Positions 14,211 to 23,629 of a DNA stretch of 64,000 nt are shown in pieces (within the stretch, counting starts at the first letter, position 1; each line of letters starts with the position of its first letter). The translations under genes were made by a program, and so were the position numbers. The stretch comes from Acidimicrobiales bacterium (lineage in GTDB: Bacteria > Actinomycetota > Acidimicrobiia > Acidimicrobiales > Bin134). The notes beneath the pieces were generated by a model. That model saw only the letters and a list, made by a program, of their open reading frames with translations. It did no database searches and was not told the DNA's origin. The stretch covers positions 132,280 through 196,279 of the forward strand of contig OZ241383.1 in assembly GCA_965200775.1 (NCBI GenBank). Reading direction: 5' to 3'.

Positions 14211-15104
14211 TCAGGCGGGGTTGTTCACGACAAGGCGGCGGAGGCCCTCCTGCCAGCTCACCATGCGGTCGGGGCGCAGGGCTGCGATGCGGGTGGTGTC
14301 CATGACCGTGCTGGGGATGGCGGTGTCGGCCTCCACGATTTGAGGCGGATCGCAGCCGTCAACCTCGGCCATGTGCGCGCACCAGTCGGCGATCGACACC
14401 AGCTCGGGGCTGGCCCAGTTGAGGGTGGTGGCCGGTACCGACGCCTGGTCGAGCAGAACGGGAATGTCGGCCGCAATGTCCTCGTCGTGGATGAGGTTGT
14501 AGCGGGCCCCATCGGTGTTGACCTCGATGGCCATCCCGGCCCGCATCATCAGCAGATGGAAGAACGGCCAACCGGCGGTATCGCCGTAGGGCACGTTGAG
14601 CCGGGCGATCACGGTTGGCAGGTTGAACTCTCGTGCTGCGAACCGGGCCACCGACTCTCCGGCAATCTTTCCTATCGAATAGGTCGGCATCATGTGAGCG
14701 TGATGATCTCCGTGTGGGCTGTCCTCGGTTAGCGGCTCCCCGCCGCTGGGCTTGTACACCGCTCCCGACGAGCAATGCAGGAACGCATCGGCATTGCGGA
14801 AATGGCTCATCAGGTGCCCGGTGGCCTCGGAGCAGACGGCCAGATCGGTCTTCCAGTCGCCCGACTTGATGACCGCCATGTTCAACACCACATCCACGTC
14901 ACGGGGAACGGGGGAGAAGTCCGGGTCGACGAAGTCCACGACCACGCACTCCACCCCGGCGGCCTCCAAATCGGCACGAGCATCGGCATCGGAGAACCGG
15001 GCCAGAGCGATCACCCGGTTGTCGACGGCCAGGGACTTGGCGAGTGGCGGGCCCACCATCCCCGTGGGTCCGGTCAAAACGATGGTCTTGCCGTTCAGTT
15101 CCAT
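14211..15104 (-). CDS. NAD(P)-dependent epimerase/dehydratase family protein (extended SDR)
   Basis: N-terminal Rossmann motif KTIVLTGPTGMVGPPLA; 297 aa with SDR-like length and layout. Confidence 0.75.
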   Translation of the reverse strand: MELNGKTIVLTGPTGMVGPPLAKSLAVDNRVIALARFSDADARADLEAAGVECVVVDFVDPDFSPVPRDVDVVLNMAVIKSGDWKTDLAVCSEATGHLMSHFRNADAFLHCSSGAVYKPSGGEPLTEDSPHGDHHAHMMPTYSIGKIAGESVARFAAREFNLPTVIARLNVPYGDTAGWPFFHLLMMRAGMAIEVNTDGARYNLIHDEDIAADIPVLLDQASVPATTLNWASPELVSIADWCAHMAEVDGCDPPQIVEADTAIPSTVMDTTRIAALRPDRMVSWQEGLRRLVVNNPA

Positions 15105-15178
15105 GATGTCAACCCCCGTGGCGGTCCGGCCTGTTTCACGGTCCGAAATCTAGCCTGCCTCCTCGGTATCCTTCGGCC

Positions 15179-17128
15179 ATGCGACGGCTCCTGATTTCAC
15201 TGCTCATGGCTGCGGCGCTCATCGCCGCGAGCTGCGGGGGCGACAGCAGCGACGTCGGGGACCCCTCGGCTATTCCCACCGAAGAAGCCACCCTCGTTGC
15301 AACCCCCACCGTTTCGGCCGAGGACTCGGCAACCAGCCCGCAGGAATCAACCCCGGAGCCCTCAACCCCGGAGCCTTCACCTTCCAGTACCGAGGCCGGT
15401 ACTCCGGCGCCCGATCCGACCCCAACCGGCGAGCCCGAATCCCGTCCCAGCGACCCCTACTTCGCCCTCGACCGGGTGATGGACATCAGCATTGAGATCG
15501 ACACGGACGACTGGGACACGCTGCGCCATCAGGGTCGCACTCTCCAGGACGTGATTGCGGAGATAGCTGAGCACAATTTTTCCCGTCCTTTTGCGAGCAT
15601 CTACTCGTGGTTTTCGGCCACGGTGACCGTGGACGGCGAGGCCTACGACAGCGTGGGCGTGCGCAAGAAGGGTTTCGTCGGCTCGCAAAGCGACTCCAAG
15701 CCATCCCTCAAGCTCCGCTTCGACCGGTACGTGGACGACCAGGCCGTCGACGGGGTGGTGGAGCGGATGACCCTGAACAACAGCGCCCAAGACCCTTCGA
15801 TGATCAACACCTGCATGTCGTATGCGGTCTTCGCCGCTGCGGGCAACCCGGCGCCCCGCTGCAACTTCGCTACCGTGGAGGTCAACGGCGCAAACCTGGG
15901 GTTGTACGTACACGTCGAGGAGTTCAAGGCTCCGTTCCTGGAGCACCATTTCGGCACCGCAGACGGCAACCTTTACGAGGGGACGGTCAGCGACTTCACC
16001 CCCATCTACCGGGGCACCTTCGAGAAGAAAACCAACGAGGACGACGACGACTGGTCGGATGTGGACGCCGTGGTGGCTGCCCTTGAGGATCCTTCCGACT
16101 CCGGTCTCGAAGCGTTGGGCGAGCTCGTGGATCTGGACCGTTTCCTGTCGTTCTGGGCCACCGAGGTGCTGGTGGGGCACTGGGACAGCTACTCCGGCAA
16201 CCGCAACAACTACTGGTTCTACCGGACGCCCGACGGCCCCTTCGTGTTCCTGCCCTGGGGAGCCGACGGCACGTTCCACCTCAGCGACGACCCCAACCCA
16301 TTCGACGGCATCGGGAACCCGCCGCCCTCGGTGCTGGCCCTTACCGCCATCCCCAACCGCCTGTACAACCACCCCGATTGGCGGGTGGCCTACGTGAGCC
16401 GGCTGAAGGAGATCCTCGACACCGCATGGGACGAGGAGAAGCTGCTGGAATTGGTGAACGAAATGGTCGCCATCGTGCAGGCCCACGCCCTGCCTGCGGA
16501 AGCGGCCGCCGCCGCCGAGGACACCGAGCGGGTGCGCGATTTCATCCTCAAGCGAAGGGGCGAGATCCTGGCCGACCTCACCCCCGAACCCCCCGAATGG
16601 CCGGGGTCCGGGAACCTCACCCCTGAGATCGAAAGCTCGGGCACCCTGGAGGTGAAGTTTGAAACCACTTGGGGAAGCGATCAGAGCCCCAACCCCCTGG
16701 CCGAGGGGGAGGTGAGCAGCTTGGAGTTGAACGGGTCGGAGGAGTCAACCGACAACACCGGGATATTCGCCGGCTACGCCACGGCGGAAACCCGGCAACT
16801 GCTCCCCGGTGTGGAGGATCTGGCGGCCATAACCGGGGCCAGTCTCAACGAGGATGGTTCCATCAACGGGATGGTGGTGTTGGTGGAGCTGAGCCTGTTT
16901 ACGGCCGGGGCCACCCTGGAAATCAACCGGGACACCATCGCAGGAGGGGTGTGGAACTTGCCTCCGGGCGGTTCGGAGCCGGACTGGTTCTCACCGTTTA
17001 CCAGCGGAGAGCTGGTGCTGGATGAGGCGGGTACAACCCACGGCGCGATTATCTCGGGAACCTTCTCCGGTGCATACGGGTTCGACCCGCCTCCACCCTT
17101 AGCATCAAGTGTCGATTATGCGAACTGA
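15179..17128 (+). CDS. CotH-family (spore-coat-protein-H-like kinase fold) lipoprotein
   Basis: Lipobox LIAASCGG and an S/P/T/E-rich linker. The CotH core is KPSLKLRFDRY...LNNSAQDPSMINTCMSYAVFAAAGNPAPRCNFATVEVNGANLGLYVHVEEFKAPFLEHHF...GNLYEG...HWDSYSGNRNNYWFY. The last four codons (YAN*) lie inside a duplicated aspS start. Confidence 0.75.
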   Translation: MRRLLISLLMAAALIAASCGGDSSDVGDPSAIPTEEATLVATPTVSAEDSATSPQESTPEPSTPEPSPSSTEAGTPAPDPTPTGEPESRPSDPYFALDRVMDISIEIDTDDWDTLRHQGRTLQDVIAEIAEHNFSRPFASIYSWFSATVTVDGEAYDSVGVRKKGFVGSQSDSKPSLKLRFDRYVDDQAVDGVVERMTLNNSAQDPSMINTCMSYAVFAAAGNPAPRCNFATVEVNGANLGLYVHVEEFKAPFLEHHFGTADGNLYEGTVSDFTPIYRGTFEKKTNEDDDDWSDVDAVVAALEDPSDSGLEALGELVDLDRFLSFWATEVLVGHWDSYSGNRNNYWFYRTPDGPFVFLPWGADGTFHLSDDPNPFDGIGNPPPSVLALTAIPNRLYNHPDWRVAYVSRLKEILDTAWDEEKLLELVNEMVAIVQAHALPAEAAAAAEDTERVRDFILKRRGEILADLTPEPPEWPGSGNLTPEIESSGTLEVKFETTWGSDQSPNPLAEGEVSSLELNGSEESTDNTGIFAGYATAETRQLLPGVEDLAAITGASLNEDGSINGMVVLVELSLFTAGATLEINRDTIAGGVWNLPPGGSEPDWFSPFTSGELVLDEAGTTHGAIISGTFSGAYGFDPPPPLASSVDYAN

Positions 17129-17184
17129 CTACTGCGGCGAGCTGAAGGCCGGTGAAAATGCGAACTGACTACTGCGGAGAGCTG
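17118..17184 (+). repeat. Direct duplication of the aspS start: ATGCGAACTGACTACTGCGG(C/A)GAGCTG at 17118-17144 and 17158-17184 (period 40 nt)
   Basis: 27 nt with one mismatch. Copy 1 would encode MRTDYCGELKAGE and copy 2 (the real aspS) encodes MRTDYCGELRTGD. Confidence 0.9.
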
Positions 17185-18897
17185 CGGACGGGCGACGTGG
17201 GCCGGGAGGTCTCGGTGTGCGGGTGGGTGGACCGTCGCCGCGAGCACGGCGATCACCTGGCGTTCATCGACCTGAGGGACCGCAGCGGGGTGATCCAATG
17301 CGTGGTGGACGAGCGCCACGACCTGCGCTCCGAGTACGTGGTCCGCATCACCGGAACGGTGCGGCCCCGGCCCGAGGGTACGGTCAACCCCAAGCTGGAC
17401 ACCGGCGAAGTGGAGGTGGGCGACTGCCGGGTGGAGGTGCTGTCTGCCTCCGAGTCCCCGCCGTTCCCCATCCATGCTCGAACCGAGGTGGACGAGAACG
17501 TGCGTTTGCGCCACCGCTACGTGGACCTGCGGGGTGAGCGACTCCAGCGGAACCTGAGGCTGCGAGCGGCGGTGAACAGCGCCATCCGCCGCTCGGTGGA
17601 GGACCAGGGATTCATCGAGATCGAGACCCCGATGCTGGTTGCTTCCACACCCGAGGGGGCCCGCGATTTCGTGGTGCCGTCCCGTTTGCATCCCGGCCGG
17701 TTTTACGCACTGCCCCAGTCGCCCCAGATCTTCAAGCAGCTCTGTATGGTGGGGGGCCTCGACCGCTACTACCAGATCGCCCGCTGCCTGCGGGACGAAG
17801 ACCTCCGGGCCGACCGCCAGTTCGAGTTCATGCAGCTCGATCTTGAGGCAAGCTTCGTGGGCCAGGACGAGGTGTTGGGTTTCATCACCGAGGCGGTGGC
17901 GGCGGCAGCCGAGGCGGTCACCGGCATCCGCCCCCCCGATCCGATCCACATGACATGGACCGACGCCATGGAACGGTTCGGGTCGGACAAACCCGATGTG
18001 CGCTTCGGCCTGGAGCTGATCGAGCTGACCCCGCTGTTCGAGGGCACCGAGGCCAAGGTGTTCCAGGTGGAATGCATCAAGGGCATCAACCACAAGGGGG
18101 GCAGCACGAGCCTGGGCCGCAACGCCATCGACGAGCTGACCCGCAAGTGCCAACAGTGGGGGGCCAAGGGTCTGGCCTGGTTCCGGGTGGGCGACGACGG
18201 GACGCTCGACGGAGCCTTGACCAAGTTCATGTCCGACCAGGAACAGGCAGCGCTGGGCCCGGCCATGGGAGCGGAGCCCGGCGACCTGCTGTTGCTGATT
18301 GCCGACCGTCGCCAGAAGGTGCGAGACGTGCTCGGTCTGCTCCGCCTGGAGCTGGGCCGCCCGCCCATCAACGAGGGGGGGCTCAACTTTGTGTGGGTCA
18401 CCGATTTCCCGCTGTTTGAGGCCATCGACGACCAGGGCCGGCCGGTGGCCGCTCACCACCCGTTCACCATGCCCCATCCCGACGACGTGGACCTGCTGGA
18501 CGGCGAGGGTGAGGACCTGCTGTCCGTGCGCTCTCAGTCTTACGACCTGGTGCTGAACGGCTGGGAGCTGGGTTCGGGCAGCGTGCGGATTCACCGTCCC
18601 GATATCCAGCGGTCGGTATTCAGGACGTTGGGCATCAGCGACTCGGAGGCCGACGATCGCTTCGGCTTCTTGCTCGACGCCTTCCGCTACGGTGCCCCTC
18701 CCCATGCCGGTTTCGCGTTCGGCATCGACCGGCTGGTGGCCATCTTGGCTGGGGAGGAGAACATCCGCGAGGTGATCGCCTTCCCCAAGACCCAGTCGGG
18801 GGCCGATCCGTTGTCCAACTCGCCCACCGCCATCGCCGACCGCCACCTCGACGAGCTCGGACTCCGCCTGCTGCCGCCCCCCGCTTCAGGGGATTGA
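17158..18897 (+). CDS. aspS: Aspartate--tRNA ligase
   Basis: MRTDYCGELR N-terminus with an OB anticodon-binding domain. Class II motifs: FYALPQSPQIFKQLCMVGG, YYQIARCLRDEDLRADRQFEFMQLD, GGAPPHAGFAFGIDRLV. The track start GTG 17152 is two codons upstream. Confidence 0.95.
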   Translation: MRTDYCGELRTGDVGREVSVCGWVDRRREHGDHLAFIDLRDRSGVIQCVVDERHDLRSEYVVRITGTVRPRPEGTVNPKLDTGEVEVGDCRVEVLSASESPPFPIHARTEVDENVRLRHRYVDLRGERLQRNLRLRAAVNSAIRRSVEDQGFIEIETPMLVASTPEGARDFVVPSRLHPGRFYALPQSPQIFKQLCMVGGLDRYYQIARCLRDEDLRADRQFEFMQLDLEASFVGQDEVLGFITEAVAAAAEAVTGIRPPDPIHMTWTDAMERFGSDKPDVRFGLELIELTPLFEGTEAKVFQVECIKGINHKGGSTSLGRNAIDELTRKCQQWGAKGLAWFRVGDDGTLDGALTKFMSDQEQAALGPAMGAEPGDLLLLIADRRQKVRDVLGLLRLELGRPPINEGGLNFVWVTDFPLFEAIDDQGRPVAAHHPFTMPHPDDVDLLDGEGEDLLSVRSQSYDLVLNGWELGSGSVRIHRPDIQRSVFRTLGISDSEADDRFGFLLDAFRYGAPPHAGFAFGIDRLVAILAGEENIREVIAFPKTQSGADPLSNSPTAIADRHLDELGLRLLPPPASGD

Positions 18898-18943
18898 GAC
18901 CGGCACGGCGCGGGGACGGGCCAGGGGATTGAGACCGGTACGG
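18887..18943 (+). repeat. Direct repeat CAGGGGATTGAGACCGG(C/T)ACGG x2 (18887-18908, 18922-18943) spanning the aspS stop codon
   Basis: Read directly; 22 nt with one mismatch and a 35-nt period. Copy 1 contains the aspS TGA. Confidence 0.85.
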
Positions 18944-18972
18944 GGCTCGGAACCGGCGAAGGGAAACGGGCA

Positions 18973-20307
18973 GTGAGCGACGACCTGTTTGCCGCCGCCG
19001 CAGCCGATCGCCTGGCCCAATCGGCTCCGCTGGCCGACCGGCTGCGCCCCCGCTCCCTGGATGATCTCGTAGGGCAGCAACACCTGCTCGGCCCCGGCAA
19101 ACCGCTCCGCAGCCTTATCGAGTCGGACCGCCTGTCGTCGGCCATCCTGTGGGGGCCGCCCGGCACCGGCAAGACCACCATCGCCCGCCTGGTGGCCGGC
19201 TCCACGGCCCGGGCCTACATCCAGCTCTCGGCGGTCACCGCCACGGTGAAGGACGTGCGGGAGGTGATCGCCGCCGCCCGGGACCGGCTGGGCCAGCACG
19301 ATCAGGGCACGATCCTGTTCCTCGATGAGGTCCACCGATTCAACCGGGCACAGCAGGACGCCCTATTGCCCGCGGTGGAGTCCGGGCTCATCACCCTGAT
19401 TGGGGCGACCACCGAAAACCCCTACTTCGAGGTGAACCCGCCGCTGCGGTCCCGCTCCACCCTGTTTCGGCTCGATCCGCTCGGCCCCGATGCCCTGCAC
19501 CAGCTCCTGGGCCGGGGGCTCGTGGCGGAAGGGGCCGAGGCCGACGACGATGCCCTGGCCCATCTGAGTACCCAGGCCGCCGGCGACGGCCGCCAGGCTC
19601 TGACCAGCCTGGAGGTAGCAGTGGCGCTGGCCTCGGCCTGCGGCGATGAGCCTCTCCGGGTAACGCTGGCCGACGCCGAGAGTGCTCTGGGAGCCAGCGC
19701 CGTGCGCTACGGCCGTGATGAGCACTACGACGTGATCAGCGCGTTCATCAAGAGCCTGCGGGGTTCCGATCCCGACTCCGGCTTGTACTGGCTGGCCCGG
19801 ATGTTGGAAGCCGGGGAGGATCCCCTCTTCATCGCCCGGCGCATGGTGATCCTGGCCTCCGAGGACATCGGCATGGCCGATTCGCAGGCTCTGGTGGTGG
19901 CCGACGCTGCCGCCCGGGCGGTGGAGTTCGTCGGGCTGCCCGAGGCTCAGCTCAACCTGGCCCATGCGGTGGTGTATCTGGCTACCGCGCCCAAGTCGAA
20001 CACGGTGACCATGGCGCTGGGCCGGGCCCGGGCCGACGCCGGCGACGGCAGCGGCGAGGTGCCCGCTCACCTCAGGGACGCCCACTATCAGGGAGCGGCC
20101 GGTCTGGGGCACGGCGCAGGCTACGTGTATCCTCATGACGATCCCCGAGGCTGGGTGGGCCAGCAGTACCGCCCCGACCGGTTCGAGGATCGACGCTATT
20201 ACCATCCCTCTCCACACGGTGCAGAAAGCGAGATCCAGGAGCGAATGACCGGGCTCAATTCCAGCAGTGACCATGGCGAGGATGAAGGGAGTTCCAGGAG
20301 CGAATGA
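18973..20307 (+). CDS. rarA: Replication-associated recombination protein A (MgsA/RarA AAA+ ATPase)
   Basis: [27 protein letters not shown], Walker [13 protein letters not shown], Walker [12 protein letters not shown], and the MgsA C-terminal domain ([28 protein letters not shown]). Confidence 0.92.
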   Translation: MSDDLFAAAAADRLAQSAPLADRLRPRSLDDLVGQQHLLGPGKPLRSLIESDRLSSAILWGPPGTGKTTIARLVAGSTARAYIQLSAVTATVKDVREVIAAARDRLGQHDQGTILFLDEVHRFNRAQQDALLPAVESGLITLIGATTENPYFEVNPPLRSRSTLFRLDPLGPDALHQLLGRGLVAEGAEADDDALAHLSTQAAGDGRQALTSLEVAVALASACGDEPLRVTLADAESALGASAVRYGRDEHYDVISAFIKSLRGSDPDSGLYWLARMLEAGEDPLFIARRMVILASEDIGMADSQALVVADAAARAVEFVGLPEAQLNLAHAVVYLATAPKSNTVTMALGRARADAGDGSGEVPAHLRDAHYQGAAGLGHGAGYVYPHDDPRGWVGQQYRPDRFEDRRYYHPSPHGAESEIQERMTGLNSSSDHGEDEGSSRSE

Positions 20308-20317
20308 CCGGGCTCAA
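20234..20317 (+). repeat. 25-nt perfect direct repeat TCCAGGAGCGAATGACCGGGCTCAA (20234-20258, 20293-20317) at the rarA 3' end
   Basis: Read directly; the period is 59 nt, not a multiple of 3. In the frame of copy 1, copy 2 would give ...[17 protein letters not shown] ending in TGATG at the next ORF. Confidence 0.85.
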
Positions 20318-20347
20318 GTACAACCCAAGTGAAAGCGGAGCAAGCTG

Positions 20348-20596
20348 ATGGCGGGGCGACTTTCGTGGTTCGCGGCCGGAGCCGGCGCGGGAGCGGCCTG
20401 CGTCACTTACCTGCGACACCGGATGCGCCAGGCACCCCGGACAACCCCGCCGGTGAACACCGCCGGCACCGCCGGCGCCCGGGTGAAAGCCGCAGCCTCC
20501 GAAGCCCGGGCCGCACTGGCCGAGGGCACCGCCGCGGTACGGCGCTACCGGGCCGAGGTGGCCCGCAGAGACCTTGAGAACCACCACGGGCGATGA
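20348..20596 (+). CDS. Hypothetical small protein (82 aa) with an N-terminal hydrophobic segment
   Basis: ATG start. LSWFAAGAGAGAACVTYL is followed by an Ala/Arg-rich helix. It sits between rarA and alaS. No family was recognised. Confidence 0.35.
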   Translation: MAGRLSWFAAGAGAGAACVTYLRHRMRQAPRTTPPVNTAGTAGARVKAAASEARAALAEGTAAVRRYRAEVARRDLENHHGR

Positions 20597-23183
20597 GGAA
20601 CGCATCTTGACCCCCAAGCGAGCCCAGGAAATCCGCAGCGCGTTCACCGATTTCTTCCACCAACGGGGCCACGCCGTGCTGCCGTCGGCCGGGCTGATCC
20701 CCCGTGACCCCACCGTTCTGTTCACGGTGGCGGGCATGGTGCAGTTCAAGCCTTACTTCCTGGGCGAAGAAACGTCGCCCCATCCACGGGCGGTCACCGT
20801 CCAGAAGTGTGTGCGAGCTGGGGGCAAGCACAACGACCTGGATGAGATCGGCCGCACCCGCCGACACCTCACCTTCTTCGAAATGCTGGGCAACTTCAGC
20901 TTCGGCGACTACTTCAAGACCGAAGCCATCGGCTGGGCCTGGGAGTTCGTCACTGAGGGGCTGGGTTTCGACCCCGACCGTTTGTGGGTAACCGTTCACC
21001 TCAGCGACGACGAGGCGGCCGAGATCTGGCGGGATGTGGCCGGGGTGGCCCCCGACCGGATCCAGCGATTGGACGAGGACAACTACTGGCGCATGGCCGA
21101 CACCGGCCCGTGCGGTCCGTGCTCGGAGATCTTCTTCGACAAGGGCCCCGAGTTCGGCCCCGACGGGGGCCCGGCCCACGGCGGTGACGAGCGGTTCCTG
21201 GAGTTCTGGAACCTGGTGTTCATGCAGTTCGACCAGAGGCCCGAAGGCCAGGTGCCGCTGCCGAAGCCCAGCATCGACACCGGGGCAGGGCTGGAGCGCA
21301 TCCTCACTCTCATCCAGGGGGTGGAGTCGGTGTTCGACATCGACGAAATGGCCGAGCTGGTGGGCGAGGCCTCCGCTGTTACCGGGGCGAAAATGGGCGC
21401 CGCCGAGCACAGCGACATCACCCTGCGGATACTGGCCGAACACGCCCGGGCCATGACCTTCCTCATCTCCGACGGGGTGTTCCCCTCCAACGAGGACCGG
21501 GGTTACGTGCTGCGCCGCATCATGCGCCGGGCCATCCGTCGTGCCTACCTGCTGGGGGTTACCGATGTGGTCACCCCCCGGCTGGTGGACAAGGTGGTGG
21601 ACATCATGGGCCACGACTATCCCGACATCGTGGCCAACCACAGCTTCATTCGGGATGTGGCCGCCCGGGAAGAGGAGGGTTTCCGGACCACCCTGGCCCA
21701 GGGGTCCCACATCCTCGACGACGCCCTCGACCGGCTGGGCGACGGCGAGGCCCTGTCCGGAGACCTGACCTTCCTCCTGCACGACACCTACGGCTTCCCC
21801 TTCGAGGTGACCGAGGAGACGGCCCGGGAGCGGGGAGTGGAGGTGGACCGGGACGGCTTCGACCGCAACATGGAAGCCCAGCGGAACCGGGCCCGCGAGG
21901 ATTTCGACGCCCGCCACCGCACCACCGCCGATGTGTCGTCCTACGCCCAACTGGTGGCCGACCACGGTCCCACCGAGTTCGTGGGCCGAGACCACTACAC
22001 CTTTGAGGCGGTGGTGCTGGCCGTGACTGACGACGGGATCGTGCTGGACCGCACCCCGTTCTACGCCGATTCCGGCGGGCAGGTGGGCGACACCGGCACG
22101 ATCACCTCGTCCACCGGCACAGCCGAGGTGGCCGACACCACCTACGTGGTGCCCGACCTCCACCTGCATCACGTAGGCACGGTGGCCGGCGATATCACGG
22201 TGGGCCAGACGGTCACAGCGGCCATCGACGCCGACCGGCGGGCCGCAATCCGGCGGAACCACACAGCCACCCACCTGCTGCACTGGGCCCTGCGGGAGGT
22301 GCTGGGCGACCACGTCAAACAGCAGGGTTCGCTGGTGGCCCCCGACAGGCTGAGGTTCGACTTCACCCACTTCGACGCGCTCACCGACGAGGAGATAACC
22401 CGCATCGAGGGCCTGGCCAACGAGGACATCCTGGCCAACCCCGCCACCCGCAACTACGAGACGTCGATGGCCGAGGCCACCGCAACCGGAGCCATCGCCT
22501 TTTTTGGCGACAAGTACGGGGACCGGGTCCGGGTGCTTGAGGCCGGTCCCCACTCCGTCGAGCTGTGCGGGGGAACCCACGTTCAGGCCCTAGGCGACAT
22601 CGGGCCGGTGAAGATCATCTCCGAGGGTTCCATCGGGGCCAACATCCGTCGCATTGAAGCGGTGAGCGGCACCCGCCCGGTGGAGCTCCTCACCGAGCGG
22701 GAGCAGGTGTTGACCCAGGCAGCAGAGCGTTTGGGCGTTCCGGTCGATCAACTGCTGGTAGGGGCCGACAAGCGCATGGCCGAGATCAAGAGCCTCAAGG
22801 CCGAGCTGGCCGAGCTGAAGAAAGCGGCCTCGGCCGACCAGTCGGGGGTGCTGGCCCAGCAGGCCGTGGACGGGGTGGTGGTGGCCCTGGTCGAGGACAT
22901 TGATCGGGGCGGGCTTCGCGATCTGGCCATCGCCACCCGAGACCGCCCCGGGGTGGCCGCAGTGGTGCTGGGAGCAGCCCCCGGCGGCGGCGGAGCGGCG
23001 CTGGTGGCCGCAGTGGCCCCAGACTGCGACTTGAACGCCGGCGAGCTGATTTCCGAGGCGGCGGCCACCATCGGCGGGGGCGGGGGCAGAGACCCCAAGC
23101 TGGCCGTGGCCGGAGGCCGGGACCCGTCCCGCTTGGCGGAGGCTCTGGGCCAGGCCCGGGACGCGGCCGGCATCGGAGGCTGA
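20574..23183 (+). CDS. alaS: Alanine--tRNA ligase
   Basis: EIRSAFTDFFHQRGH..., FTVAGMVQFKPYF, KHNDLDEIGRTRRHLTFFEMLGNFSFGDYFK, editing-domain HTATHLLH and CGGTH, and a C-terminal DHHA1-like tail. The in-frame TTG 20607, just after the preceding ORF stop, is an equally plausible start. Confidence 0.95.
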   Translation: MRTTTGDEERILTPKRAQEIRSAFTDFFHQRGHAVLPSAGLIPRDPTVLFTVAGMVQFKPYFLGEETSPHPRAVTVQKCVRAGGKHNDLDEIGRTRRHLTFFEMLGNFSFGDYFKTEAIGWAWEFVTEGLGFDPDRLWVTVHLSDDEAAEIWRDVAGVAPDRIQRLDEDNYWRMADTGPCGPCSEIFFDKGPEFGPDGGPAHGGDERFLEFWNLVFMQFDQRPEGQVPLPKPSIDTGAGLERILTLIQGVESVFDIDEMAELVGEASAVTGAKMGAAEHSDITLRILAEHARAMTFLISDGVFPSNEDRGYVLRRIMRRAIRRAYLLGVTDVVTPRLVDKVVDIMGHDYPDIVANHSFIRDVAAREEEGFRTTLAQGSHILDDALDRLGDGEALSGDLTFLLHDTYGFPFEVTEETARERGVEVDRDGFDRNMEAQRNRAREDFDARHRTTADVSSYAQLVADHGPTEFVGRDHYTFEAVVLAVTDDGIVLDRTPFYADSGGQVGDTGTITSSTGTAEVADTTYVVPDLHLHHVGTVAGDITVGQTVTAAIDADRRAAIRRNHTATHLLHWALREVLGDHVKQQGSLVAPDRLRFDFTHFDALTDEEITRIEGLANEDILANPATRNYETSMAEATATGAIAFFGDKYGDRVRVLEAGPHSVELCGGTHVQALGDIGPVKIISEGSIGANIRRIEAVSGTRPVELLTEREQVLTQAAERLGVPVDQLLVGADKRMAEIKSLKAELAELKKAASADQSGVLAQQAVDGVVVALVEDIDRGGLRDLAIATRDRPGVAAVVLGAAPGGGGAALVAAVAPDCDLNAGELISEAAATIGGGGGRDPKLAVAGGRDPSRLAEALGQARDAAGIGG

Positions 23184-23629
23184 TGGGGGCGCGAGCGCTG
23201 GGCATCGACCTCGGCGAGCGCCGAATCGGGGTGGCGGTCTGCGACGCCGGGGGCCGAGTGGCCACGCCGTTGACCGTGATCGAACGTTCCGGGGGCCACG
23301 CTCGCGACCACCGCAGGATCGCCGAGCTGGCCGCCGAGTACGAGGCCGAGGTGGTGGTGGTGGGCCTGCCCCGGTCGCTGGACGGGAGCATCGGCCCGGC
23401 GGCCCGGGGAGCTCAGCAGGAAGCGCAGCGGCTGGAAGCGGTGGTGGGGGTGCCCGTGCTGACCCACGACGAGCGGTTGACCACGGTGGAGGCCGAGAAG
23501 TCCCTGGCCGAGGCCGGTCTGAGCGGAAAAGCCCGCCGCCGCCGGGTTGACATGGTGGCAGCCACGGTGATCCTCCAGGGTTGGCTCGATGCCTCCGGCC
23601 CGGAGCGGCACCAGGGAGCCCGGCCATGA
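23183..23629 (+). CDS. ruvX: Holliday junction resolvase-like nuclease RuvX (YqgF)
   Basis: 148 aa with ALGIDLGERRIGVAVCD at the N-terminus. The start overlaps the alaS stop (TGATG). Confidence 0.9.
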   Translation: MGARALGIDLGERRIGVAVCDAGGRVATPLTVIERSGGHARDHRRIAELAAEYEAEVVVVGLPRSLDGSIGPAARGAQQEAQRLEAVVGVPVLTHDERLTTVEAEKSLAEAGLSGKARRRRVDMVAATVILQGWLDASGPERHQGARP

